In this document: in pieces, positions 19,162-27,610 of the stretch
Position numbering within the stretch: position 1 is the first letter of the stretch
Layout of the letters: every line of letters begins with the position of its first letter
From: Spirochaetaceae bacterium
GTDB taxonomy: Bacteria > Spirochaetota > Spirochaetia > DSM-27196 > SLST01
NCBI GenBank assembly: GCA_007118855.1
Contig: SKQU01000026.1
Coordinates: 4,505-68,504 of the forward strand
Reading direction: 5' to 3'
Length of the DNA: 64,000 bases
The notes under the pieces: model-generated
Seen by the model: only the letters and a program-made list of their open reading frames with translations
The model's database searches: none
Told to the model about the DNA's origin: nothing
Translations under genes and position numbers: made by a program

Positions 19162-19592
19162 TGATCCACCACGACGCCCTTCTTCAGAATGACATTCGCG
19201 TAGAGCGCCGACTCTCCAGTCGCCACGATTGCGTACGCGGCCCGGGCGCGGTCGTAGAAGGCGAACCGCTCGACGAACTCGATCTTCGCTGGATGCGGTG
19301 AGCGCTTCTCGACGATCGCACGATAGGTCTCCCAGATCGTCGGCCGCGTGTGGTCGCCCGCGACGACCTCCATGAGCGCGACCGGGGCATCGACGAAGGT
19401 ATCGAGCGGGAAGAACCGCAGGATCGCATCCAGGAGCGCCGGCACATCGTGTCCGTCGCACCTCACGAGACGCCGGGCCATCGACGCCGCCGGGAAGTTG
19501 CCGTCGCCGATCACGAGCTCATCGCCGTGGCCCATTTCCATCATGATCTTCAGAAGCTCGGGGCTCAGTATTGCCGGGACTCCCTTCAGCAT
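19158..19592 (-). CDS. fucU: L-fucose mutarotase (RbsD/FucU family)
   Basis: MLKGVPAILSPELLKIMMEMGHGDELVIGDGNFP and YANVILKKGVV match E. coli FucU by eye. ATG at 19592 is preceded by GGAGG. Confidence 0.85.
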   Translation of the reverse strand: MLKGVPAILSPELLKIMMEMGHGDELVIGDGNFPAASMARRLVRCDGHDVPALLDAILRFFPLDTFVDAPVALMEVVAGDHTRPTIWETYRAIVEKRSPHPAKIEFVERFAFYDRARAAYAIVATGESALYANVILKKGVVVDQ

Positions 19593-19635
19593 GCGCACCT
19601 CCAGTCCTCAGAGCGTAGCGGGGCCGCGGAACCTC

Positions 19636-19686
19636 GTCAATCGACGCGCGCTGTCAGTCGACGCCCGCTGTCAGTCGACGCGCGAG
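19636..19686. repeat. Three tandem copies of a 17-bp unit (GTCA[A/G]TCGACGC[G/C]CG..) spanning the rhaA stop codon
   Basis: Copies at 19636-19652, 19653-19669 and 19670-19686. Copies 2 and 3 carry the palindromic GTCGAC core; copy 1 has ATCGAC. Confidence 0.85.
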
Positions 19687-20936
19687 GCGAGAACCGTTCG
19701 CTCATACTCGGCCACCTCGCTGATCCAGTCCGCCCCGGCGGGAACCTCCTGCCTGCGACAGAACTCGTTCCAGACCGCGCCGAACGGGAGCGTCTTCGCC
19801 TCCTCCTGGAAGGCGAGCCGATCGCCGAGCCTCCCTTCGTCCTCCGCCTCGCGGATGAGCGCCGCCGGCTCGAGCAGCGCATAGAGCGCCGCCTTCAGCG
19901 CCGCCCGCGTCCCGATCACCCACGCCTCAATCCGGTTGATGCTCGCATCGAAGAAGTCGAGCGCGACGAAGACACGGTCCCATGCCTGTGCACGCGCGAT
20001 CTCGCGCATGATCGCCCGGGTCTCGTCGTCGAAGAGCACGACGTGATCGCTGTCCCAGCGAATGGGGCGCGAGACATGCAGGAGCAGCTGCGGGAAGAAG
20101 GGCAGGAGTGCGCTCACCTTCTCCGCGATCGACTCGGTCGGGTGGTAGTGACCCGCGTCCATGCAGAGCACCTTCCCGCGCGACTGCGCGTAGGCGAGGT
20201 AGAACTCGTGCGAACCAACCACGTATGCCTCTGACGCGATGCCGAACAGCTTGCTCTCGACCGCGTCGAGCGTGTGCGCCGGGTCGAGCTCCTTCGCGAA
20301 TATGGCGTCGAGCGACTCGACCAGAAGCTCGCGATGGATGAGCCGGTCCGCCGGCTGATCCTTCCATCCGTCGGGGATCCAGAAGTTGTCGATGCTCGGG
20401 CCCTTCAGGCGTCGGCCCATCTCCGCGGAGATCTCCCGCGACCGGCGGCCGTGCTCCACCCAGAAGCCGCGGATTGACTTGTCACGGTGTGCGAGCGTGA
20501 AGCCGTCGTCGGACTTCGGGTGCGAGAAGAAGGTGGGGTTGAAGTCGAGGCCGATCCCGAGGCCCTGTGCCCACTCGATCCACCCGTTGAAGTGGGAGGG
20601 CTCGACGCGGTCGCGGTCCACCGGCGTGCCGCCGTGCTCGAGATAGCTCGCGTGGAGATTCAGGCGATGGGTGCCGGGGATGAGGCGGTAGGCGGTTTCG
20701 AAGTCGGCGCGCAGCTCATCCGGCGTGCGGGCCTTGCCCGGGTAGTTGCCGGTGGCAAGGATACCGCCGGTCAGCGGCCCGCTGCCCTCGAACCCTGTGA
20801 CATCGTCTCCCTGCCAGCAGTGAATGGATATTTCGACCCCTCCGGCCCGCTCCAGGGCGACTTCGGTGTCGACGCCGAGCTCGGCGTACCCGTCGCGCGC
20901 GTCGGCGTAGTTCTTCGCGATAGTTTCGTCTTTCAT
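19671..20936 (-). CDS. rhaA: L-rhamnose isomerase
   Basis: 421 aa from the ATG at 20936 (SD GGAGGCGGAGGA). Size and strings (ISIHCWQGDDV, RLNLHASY, HVSRPIRWDSDHVV) match the RhaA family. Confidence 0.88.
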   Translation of the reverse strand: MKDETIAKNYADARDGYAELGVDTEVALERAGGVEISIHCWQGDDVTGFEGSGPLTGGILATGNYPGKARTPDELRADFETAYRLIPGTHRLNLHASYLEHGGTPVDRDRVEPSHFNGWIEWAQGLGIGLDFNPTFFSHPKSDDGFTLAHRDKSIRGFWVEHGRRSREISAEMGRRLKGPSIDNFWIPDGWKDQPADRLIHRELLVESLDAIFAKELDPAHTLDAVESKLFGIASEAYVVGSHEFYLAYAQSRGKVLCMDAGHYHPTESIAEKVSALLPFFPQLLLHVSRPIRWDSDHVVLFDDETRAIMREIARAQAWDRVFVALDFFDASINRIEAWVIGTRAALKAALYALLEPAALIREAEDEGRLGDRLAFQEEAKTLPFGAVWNEFCRRQEVPAGADWISEVAEYERTVLASRVD

Positions 20937-20980
20937 GGTTCCTCCGCCTCCATTGTGCCGCAGATCTCGGTTTCCGTGAA

Positions 20981-21009
20981 TGGACAGATCGGTGCCGAGA
21001 ATGTAGATT
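20981..21009 (+). promoter_or_regulatory. Candidate promoter TGGACA-N17-TAGATT ending 6 nt before the AraC-family ATG
   Basis: Exact 17-nt spacer and no SD in the 6-nt gap, in the rhaA/araC divergent region. Confidence 0.4.
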
Positions 21010-21015
21010 TCGGTC

Positions 21016-21927
21016 ATGACCGGCGGCGCGAATCGCATCTACTACCTCACAGTGCCTGGCGCCGTGCGCGAGGTAGGCAGCTGGTGCGTGACCGCGGGAC
21101 GGTCCACGACGCTTCCCGGCGAGCGCTATCCGCCGGATGAGGCGCGCCACCCGTACCGCTACCGTGAGGTGAGCGCCCGCGGCAGGGTGCTCGACGAGCT
21201 GCAGATCGTGCTGATTGCCGAAGGCAGGGGCTCGTTCGAAAGCAGGGCCGGCGAGATTCGACGCGTCGGTGCCGGCTCCTGTCTTGTCCTCATGCCCGGG
21301 ACCTGGCATCGCTACCACCCCGATCAGGACAGCGGCTGGCGCGAATACTGGGTGGGCGTCAGGGGAGACGCGGTGGAGACGGCGGTTCGGCTACTCGGGC
21401 TCGAGGCGCGGGGGCCGGTGATCGATTCCGCGCACGCCGACCCGCTGGTCGAGACGTATGAGCGCCTGCTCGATCTCGCGTCGGTACACGACTCGGCGGC
21501 CCACGTGGAGATCATCGCCGACGTGCTCAGACTCGTCGTGCGGATCGCGAGGGCCGGGGAGTCGTATGCGGGCGGCGCACTCGACCGGAGTCGATCCGAC
21601 GGGAATCGATCAGACGGGGTTGACCGGGCGATCCGGATGATGCAGGCGGCTGTGACGTCGACCGTCGACCTCCCGCGACTTGCGGCACAGTGTGGATTCA
21701 GCGAGACGAGTTTCCGGCGGAGCTTTCGAGGCCGCGTGGGCACCTCTCCGTACCGCTACTTTGTGGCGCTGAAGGTGAATGCCGTCAAGCACGAGCTGGC
21801 CCATTCGGAGCTTCCCCTGAAGGCGATTGCCGAGCGATTCGGGTTTACCGACCAGTATCATCTGTCACGAGTGTTCAGGGAGTACACGGGGGTGCCACCC
21901 GGGCGATGGCGTCGGTTTGGCGGATAG
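21016..21927 (+). CDS. AraC/XylS-family transcriptional regulator (likely rhamnose regulon)
   Basis: 303 aa. C-terminal double HTH (AAQCGFSETSFRRSFRGRVGTSPYRY ... IAERFGFTDQYHLSRVFREYTG). N-terminal cupin-like region. Divergent from rhaA. Confidence 0.85.
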   Translation: MTGGANRIYYLTVPGAVREVGSWCVTAGRSTTLPGERYPPDEARHPYRYREVSARGRVLDELQIVLIAEGRGSFESRAGEIRRVGAGSCLVLMPGTWHRYHPDQDSGWREYWVGVRGDAVETAVRLLGLEARGPVIDSAHADPLVETYERLLDLASVHDSAAHVEIIADVLRLVVRIARAGESYAGGALDRSRSDGNRSDGVDRAIRMMQAAVTSTVDLPRLAAQCGFSETSFRRSFRGRVGTSPYRYFVALKVNAVKHELAHSELPLKAIAERFGFTDQYHLSRVFREYTGVPPGRWRRFGG

Positions 21928-21938
21928 CCCGGGCCCCG

Positions 21939-22661
21939 CTACAGGTGGAAGATCTTGCGAAACTCGCCGTGTCGCTCCCGCAGTTGCTTGTTGATGAAGA
22001 GGATGAGGAAGAAGGCGGAGAGCGTACAGGCGAAGGCGATCAGCGACCAGCTCACCAGGAGCTCGCCGCGCGCCCGGTTGACCAGGAACTCGATGCCCAC
22101 GACTTCGAGTCCGGCCGCAAGGATGCCCGTCGCGATCTTCTGGAGCACGTTGAGCCCGAGCCTCTTCATGGCCAGGACGGATGCGCCGATGAGCGCCGCC
22201 GTCAGAAGCGTCATGGGCAGTCCCAGGTCCAGAAACCAGTTCTGCTCGCCCACCGTGAAGTTCAGCGCAAGGAGGAATCCGGCGATGATCGCCGTCTGCG
22301 CGACGAGCAGAAGCGCCGGCCTGCGCAGCAGGACGATGACGGCAACGGTCGCAGCATAGACGCTGCCGATCGCGAGCAGGGGAAGAATCGACCACGAGAG
22401 CGTGAAGCCGGACGCGATGTCCGCGGCGAACACGATGACACCCGTGGTGAAGGCGATGAGCGACACCATCTCGAACAGCCAGATCTTCGCGTTGCGCACG
22501 GTTCTCCGAGCTTCACTCGTCAGCTCGGTCTCCGGCCGCAGGAGCGCACCGGGTCTGTCCGCTACTCCCTCGTCGCCGTTCCCGGCGACCGGCAGGCCGC
22601 ACAGCGGGCAGCGGTCGCTGCCGTCTTCGATTCTGACCCTGCAGTTTCTGCACTCGTTCAT
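21939..22661 (-). CDS. Zinc-ribbon membrane protein (N-terminal CxxC-N10-CxxC, ~6 TM helices)
   Basis: 240 aa. MNECRNCRVRIEDGSDRCPLCG followed by multiple hydrophobic helices. The ATG overlaps the upstream stop (ATGA). Confidence 0.7.
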   Translation of the reverse strand: MNECRNCRVRIEDGSDRCPLCGLPVAGNGDEGVADRPGALLRPETELTSEARRTVRNAKIWLFEMVSLIAFTTGVIVFAADIASGFTLSWSILPLLAIGSVYAATVAVIVLLRRPALLLVAQTAIIAGFLLALNFTVGEQNWFLDLGLPMTLLTAALIGASVLAMKRLGLNVLQKIATGILAAGLEVVGIEFLVNRARGELLVSWSLIAFACTLSAFFLILFINKQLRERHGEFRKIFHL

Positions 22662-23950
22662 GAGTCACTCTCCGATACGAGGATGTCCACACCGTCGGCG
22701 GCCACCTTCCGGAAGAACTCGCGCTCGACGGTGCGATCCTCGATGACGCTGCCGATCGTGATGGACAGGTTATTGGCGTAGCTGATTACCGCGCAGCCGG
22801 TCTTGTACGCGGCGTTCGGGCCGAGCACGACTCCTGCCGACTCCACGTAGGGTTCCAGCCCGTCCGGCAGGATGAATCTGCCGAGATTGGACACGACGCC
22901 GGAGTAGCTGCGGTCGCCGATCGTCCGGCGCAGGTGACTGAGGTAGAGGTCCTTGGCTGCTCGCGGGACGACTCTCACGAAGGAGCTGCGCTCGCCGCCG
23001 ACGTTCCTCGAGATCTGACGCGAGAGCTCCGCCGGGTCGAGCTGGATGTTCATCTGGTGATGGACGCGACGCACGATCCTCTCAAACGACCACTCGCCGA
23101 GTCCGAGGTCGATCTCAGGGGAGACGAAGAGCGAAAAGTTCCGCATCGTCTGCGACGGGTGGATCCGGCGCATGTTGACCGGCACTTCGATCCGGATGAT
23201 CCTGTGACGCGGCTTCAGCAGTCCCGCCGCCTGCTCGTCGAATGCCGCCTTGATGGCGTTCATGTAGGCCGCAACGAGATACTCTGTGAGCGTCGCTCCG
23301 TAGCGTCTGGCCGTCTGAAGCGTTACGTCGACCGGCATCTGCGCGGTCACGGTCCGATACCTGTTCATCAACGGGACGCCCGGGAGATGGTAGGCGGGTT
23401 CGAGATCCGGAGCCCCGGGCACTCCGTGGCGATAGTGCTCCTGAAAGGCGTCTTCGAACTCGGCATCCGGCACCGGTTCTTCGGGCCGCATCAGCAGGGC
23501 CCCCGGTTCCACCGGTTCGCCGAGCCGTCGCAGGTAGTCGACGATGAGCGATCCGAGGAACCGCATGGCCCCGTACCCGTCGGTGAGGACGTGGGAGAAG
23601 TCGGCGGCCACCGTTGCGCCGTGCGCATAGACGTGCAGCAGCTGCTCGCCTCTGCGGTGCAGCATGATCGGCGTCACCACCGGAGCGGCAGGCAGCGGTG
23701 CGAGGCGCACGGGCTCGGTGTGTCGCTGCAGGTAGTACCAGAAGAAGCCCCGCCGCAGATGCACCCGGTAGTATGGAACGCGCTCCATGACGGCGCCGAG
23801 CGCGTCCTGAAGCGTCCGGGCGCGGACGGGCTGCCGAAGCGTCACCGAGACGCGAAACACCGCCGGCGCGGCGTCGTGCCGGGTGGCGGGGTAGATCTTG
23901 GCCGCGTTGTCGAGGCGCAGCCAGTCCTCGGTAGCGGTTGCGTTGCTCAT
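22658..23950 (-). CDS. HxxxD-motif acyltransferase (condensation / alcohol-acetyltransferase-like superfamily)
   Basis: N-terminal WLRLDNAAKIYPA string and catalytic-type HVLTDGYG motif. The ATG at 23950 is preferred over the track start 23989, which overlaps the upstream gene. Confidence 0.65.
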   Translation of the reverse strand: MSNATATEDWLRLDNAAKIYPATRHDAAPAVFRVSVTLRQPVRARTLQDALGAVMERVPYYRVHLRRGFFWYYLQRHTEPVRLAPLPAAPVVTPIMLHRRGEQLLHVYAHGATVAADFSHVLTDGYGAMRFLGSLIVDYLRRLGEPVEPGALLMRPEEPVPDAEFEDAFQEHYRHGVPGAPDLEPAYHLPGVPLMNRYRTVTAQMPVDVTLQTARRYGATLTEYLVAAYMNAIKAAFDEQAAGLLKPRHRIIRIEVPVNMRRIHPSQTMRNFSLFVSPEIDLGLGEWSFERIVRRVHHQMNIQLDPAELSRQISRNVGGERSSFVRVVPRAAKDLYLSHLRRTIGDRSYSGVVSNLGRFILPDGLEPYVESAGVVLGPNAAYKTGCAVISYANNLSITIGSVIEDRTVEREFFRKVAADGVDILVSESDS

Positions 23951-23969
23951 GTCCACCACAAAGGTACCG

Positions 23970-24563
23970 TCAGAAGCGTGCCGCCTCAAGCAGGGGCGTC
24001 AGCGGATCATGGCGCAACACGAGGAAGTAGAAGAGGGTGGCGAACCACCCGTGCAGCAGTCCGACCATCCAGAGGTTGCGCGTCCTGAAGAAGATGAGCG
24101 TCGTTGCGGTGCCGAGGAAGAAGGTGGCGATCATCAGCTCGGTCTCCGGAACGTGGACGGCGCTGAACACGAGTGCGGCCACCATGACCACCACGAACTC
24201 GGGTGTCCGCTCGCGCATCAGCGCCATCAGGTTGTCGGCGAGCAGCGCGACGACGAGGAACTGTTGAACCAGTCCCCAGGCCGGATACAGGAGGAGCAGC
24301 AGCGCGAGGTTCCAGTTGACCAGCGCTTCGCCCGAGATCAGCGCGTATCCGACGCAGAATCCCCCCCCGGCCAGGAAGGCGAGTCCGCTCAGCACGGCCG
24401 CCTCCCGCAGACCGGCGTGGCGGAATCCCCAACGCCTCACGACCGATTCGTCGGCCTTGTGGCGCAGCATCACGTAGGCGGCCCAGAAGATGATCGCACC
24501 CACGGTGTACGGCAGCTGGTACTCGAGCCAGTCGGTGAAGACGAACTTCCCCGCCGCGGTCAT
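23970..24563 (-). CDS. CPBP/Abi-family intramembrane protease homologue with a degenerate catalytic motif
   Basis: Polytopic. FSAVH and LLHGWF motifs are present, but the usual EExxxR position reads QQFLVV. Start chosen at the internal ATG (MTAAGKF). The start is uncertain. Confidence 0.55.
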   Translation of the reverse strand: MTAAGKFVFTDWLEYQLPYTVGAIIFWAAYVMLRHKADESVVRRWGFRHAGLREAAVLSGLAFLAGGGFCVGYALISGEALVNWNLALLLLLYPAWGLVQQFLVVALLADNLMALMRERTPEFVVVMVAALVFSAVHVPETELMIATFFLGTATTLIFFRTRNLWMVGLLHGWFATLFYFLVLRHDPLTPLLEAARF

Positions 24564-24695
24564 CGCGGCTGCGCAGAGCTCAAAGGCACGGCCGCGCGGG
24601 GATTCGCGCAGGCTCGGAAGCTGGATGTGTCGCACGAGTGCTCCTGGGCGGCAGCATACCGGAAAGGCCGCAGGGTATCCATGGACGCCGAGGTC

Positions 24696-24724
24696 GTGAC
24701 ACCATCGACCGAGTCGACTATGAT
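24696..24724 (+). promoter_or_regulatory. Candidate promoter GTGACA-N17-TATGAT
   Basis: GTGACA at 24696-24701 and TATGAT at 24719-24724 with an exact 17-nt spacer, 15 nt upstream of ATG 24740. Confidence 0.45.
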
Positions 24725-24739
24725 AGCCCGACATTCGGT

Positions 24740-26695
24740 ATGCGGATTTCCAACATCAACACCTACTACGAGTATCCGGGAGACAGCTCATTTGCCCAGC
24801 GGTGCGCCGAGTACCGCGATCTGACGCTGGCGTCTCCCGCGGACGGACCCTTTACCGAGCTCATCCGACTGATCGAGGCTCGTATGCCCGATCGCAATCT
24901 GCTGCTCGACGCCGCGCAAGGGGTTGAGGACCGGATCGACGGATCGGGATTGCTCCTCCACGGAATCATCGCCGTTCTTGGGAGGTTCCCCGAGCCGGCT
25001 GACGCCGGGCGCGATCTGATCGACGTCGAGGTGCGTGAGCGGCTGCGCGACTCCGTTCTGGGCTTCCGGTACTGGCCGGACGAGCCCGGCGGCGACACGC
25101 TGTGCAGCTGGATCGAGAGCAGCCAGATCGCGTTCGCCGCCGCGGCGTACCTTGCCGGCCAGCTGTTTCCGGAGGATCGCTTCGGGAATACCGGGCGCAC
25201 CGGACGCGAACAGATGAACCGGTTCCGGCCGCGCGTGGAGCGGTGGCTCGATCTTCGTTTCCGAACCGGATTCAGCGAGTGGCTGAGCGGACAGCCGTAC
25301 GACGAGAGCCTCGCCGCACTGCTCAACCTCATCGAGTTCGCGCATGACCCGAAGCTCGTGCGTGCGGCGACCATGGTAGCCGACACGGTCCTGCTCGACG
25401 TCGTGCTCAACCACTTTCGCGGCGTCTTCGGCTGTACTCACGGGCGCACCGTCGACTGCCGGCCGGGTCCAGGAGCGTATGAGCGCATGGGCTCGACGAT
25501 CCGGCTCGTTGCGGGTACCAACCGGTACCGGGTGGGTGACCCCGGCGCGTCGCTGCTCTCGGTGAGCACCCGGTACAAGGTGCCGGCGGTTCTCGCCGCG
25601 ATCGCGGCGGACGCCGAGCGGCCGGAAGTGGAGAATCGTCAGCGCATGGGCATCCGGGTCGACGAGGCCGACCAGTGGGGGCTCGGCTTCCGCTCGCTCG
25701 AGGACGGAATCGTCTTCCTCGGTCTCGGGGCCTGCCTGCACGAGCGGACGGTCGGGCTTACGCTTCGAGTGCTCGACGAGTACCGCCTCTGGGATCACCC
25801 CTTCTTCGCACCGCTTCGCCGCCGCCGCGCGCTCATCGCGCTCGCCCGGGGGCTCGGACTGCTGCGGCCGCTCGTTCGACGTCTGGAGAAGAGGCTGACG
25901 AGCACGGCCCGCGAGGAAGTGAACGCGTACACCTATCGGACTCCTGACTACATGCTGAGCTGCGCCCAGGACTACCGGTCCGGCTACGGCGCCGATGCCC
26001 AGCATCTGTGGCAGGCGACGCTCGGGCCCGATGCGAAGGTCTTCCTCGCGCCTCCCGGTGGCCGTGACGAGCGGTTCGAGGTGCTCGGAGACGCCGAGGC
26101 GATTCTCCCGCGCGCGGTGCAGTACAAGAACGTGGTCATCTGTCACGTCCGGGGTGAGCCGTCGGTATGGTTTGCGGGGGCGGCCTTTGACGAGATAGAG
26201 GATGTGCCCGGTTGGCTCTGTGCTCGACGGGGCTCAGGCTATCTTGCCCTTTGGGCGCAGCGCCCCTGGCAGCAGCAGGCAGGCGACGGCTGGGAGCCGG
26301 GCCACATCACCGTCCCGGGCGCCTCTGCGATCCTGATCTGCGTCTGCGGCCGTGAGGTGACGCACGGGTCTTTCGAGAGCTTCGTCAGGGCGATGGCGGG
26401 AGCCCCGGTAGAGGTGAGCGGCCGCGGATCGCGCGAGCGTGTTGAGATCGATCTCGCCCCGCACGGACGGATCTCGCTCGGCCGACGGGGGCCTCTCACG
26501 GTGGGCGGATGGCAGATGCCGATCACCTCGCACGTTCACGGCAGCCCCTATCCGGCGGTTGAGGGATACCGGCGCTACGACAACCCGTACGTGGGCGCCG
26601 AGTTTCCGGCGAATGCGGTGCGGATACGGTGCGCGGACGAGATGCTCGCGCTCAACTGGCGTGACCAGTCCCGTTCGGCGAGCTCGTTTCTGTAG
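24740..26695 (+). CDS. Uncharacterised 651-aa cytoplasmic protein
   Basis: Long ORF with balanced composition and no signal peptide. The track start is GTG 24638. ATG 24740 lies downstream of a good promoter. The helix-rich N-terminal half and beta-rich C-terminal half are an impression only. Confidence 0.65.
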   Translation: MRISNINTYYEYPGDSSFAQRCAEYRDLTLASPADGPFTELIRLIEARMPDRNLLLDAAQGVEDRIDGSGLLLHGIIAVLGRFPEPADAGRDLIDVEVRERLRDSVLGFRYWPDEPGGDTLCSWIESSQIAFAAAAYLAGQLFPEDRFGNTGRTGREQMNRFRPRVERWLDLRFRTGFSEWLSGQPYDESLAALLNLIEFAHDPKLVRAATMVADTVLLDVVLNHFRGVFGCTHGRTVDCRPGPGAYERMGSTIRLVAGTNRYRVGDPGASLLSVSTRYKVPAVLAAIAADAERPEVENRQRMGIRVDEADQWGLGFRSLEDGIVFLGLGACLHERTVGLTLRVLDEYRLWDHPFFAPLRRRRALIALARGLGLLRPLVRRLEKRLTSTAREEVNAYTYRTPDYMLSCAQDYRSGYGADAQHLWQATLGPDAKVFLAPPGGRDERFEVLGDAEAILPRAVQYKNVVICHVRGEPSVWFAGAAFDEIEDVPGWLCARRGSGYLALWAQRPWQQQAGDGWEPGHITVPGASAILICVCGREVTHGSFESFVRAMAGAPVEVSGRGSRERVEIDLAPHGRISLGRRGPLTVGGWQMPITSHVHGSPYPAVEGYRRYDNPYVGAEFPANAVRIRCADEMLALNWRDQSRSASSFL

Positions 26696-26747
26696 GATTC
26701 AGTGCCGGCCGGAAGGTCGATGACAATGGAAGCATCGAGGAGGATGT

Positions 26748-27557
26748 ATGGAGCTTGGGTTGCAGAGTTACTGTCTGAGAGGCATCAAGGACAACGAAGC
26801 GGTAGCGAAGACGGTCAAGGAGTGCGGGTTGCGCAGGATCGAAGTGTGTGCCGTGCACACAGCCTTCGACGACCCGGCAGGTTTCGAGGCGCTCGCCGGG
26901 CAATACCGGGCAGGCGGAGTGCCGATCGTCAGCATAGGCGTCAACAGGATCGGCACCGATCGAAGGGCCGCCACGACGCTCTTCGAGTGCGCGAAGGCTG
27001 CAGGGCTCGAGCGGATGAGCGTCGACTTCCCGCTGGAAGGGATCGACGATGCACTTGCGATCGCCGATGAGCTCAGCGAACGGTACGGCGTCAGGCTCGG
27101 CATCCACAACCACGGCGGGCGTCACTGGCTCGGCTCGGTCACCGCGCTTCGATGGGTCTTCGGCAGGACGAGCGAGCGGGTAGGGCTGAGCCTCGACACG
27201 GCGTGGGCGGTAGACTCGCGGGAGGATCCCGTGGCCATGGTGCGGGAGTTCGGAGACAGGCTGCACCTCGTGCACATCAAGGACTTCGTGTTCGCCCGTG
27301 ACCGCACCCCGGAAGACGTCGTCGTGGGTACCGGCACGCTCGATCTGGCGGCGCTCGACCGCGCGATGGCGGAGGTCGGGTTCGCCGGAGAGGCGATTCT
27401 CGAGTACGAGGGCGACGTCGAAAACCCCGTTCCGGCGCTGCGCGACTGCGTGAAGGCGGTCGGCCGGACCATGGAGCTCGTGACGGTACCGGTGGACCGA
27501 CCAGCGACAGAGTCTCTTCATCGATCTACGAGTCGGCTCGAACCGGAGCAGCCGTGA
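26748..27557 (+). CDS. Sugar phosphate isomerase/epimerase (xylose-isomerase-like TIM barrel)
   Basis: 269 aa. RLGIHNH, SLDTAW and LVHIKD strings typical of the AP-endonuclease-2 / xylose-isomerase-like fold. SD GAGGAGGA. Confidence 0.8.
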   Translation: MELGLQSYCLRGIKDNEAVAKTVKECGLRRIEVCAVHTAFDDPAGFEALAGQYRAGGVPIVSIGVNRIGTDRRAATTLFECAKAAGLERMSVDFPLEGIDDALAIADELSERYGVRLGIHNHGGRHWLGSVTALRWVFGRTSERVGLSLDTAWAVDSREDPVAMVREFGDRLHLVHIKDFVFARDRTPEDVVVGTGTLDLAALDRAMAEVGFAGEAILEYEGDVENPVPALRDCVKAVGRTMELVTVPVDRPATESLHRSTSRLEPEQP

Positions 27558-27575
27558 AGCCTGACTGGTCGTTTC

Positions 27576-27604
27576 TCGACTAGCCATAGCGCAACCGGTA
27601 TACT
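27576..27604 (+). promoter_or_regulatory. Candidate promoter TCGACT-N17-TATACT ending 6 nt before ATG 27611
   Basis: Exact 17-nt spacer and no SD in the gap. Confidence 0.4.
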
Positions 27605-27610
27605 GCACCA

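Noticed and set aside
18475-19461. Long 5' extensions in the ORF track (rph to 19461; topA to 63115; SDR from 31279; TIM barrel from 33561; Gfo/Idh/MocA from 27931; MBL to 49624; lyxose isomerase to 57833; rhaA to 21038)
   Set aside because: The extensions overlap neighbouring real genes, are Arg/Pro-rich, and precede internal starts. Those internal starts have SDs and align with the N-termini of the respective families.
19636-19686. Possibility that the 17-bp, 18-bp (32308-32360) or 15-bp (50454-50481) tandem repeats are CRISPR arrays or mobile-element ends
   Set aside because: The copies are directly adjacent with no spacers, and there are only 2-3 of them. No cas genes, transposase or integrase lie nearby, and there are no flanking target-site duplications.
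24788-26146. 452-aa minus-strand ORF opposite the 651-aa unknown
   Set aside because: The plus-strand product has balanced, globular-like composition and a good promoter. The antisense product is Arg/Pro/Glu-rich and repetitive. This is less certain than the other cases, because the sense gene has no known motif.
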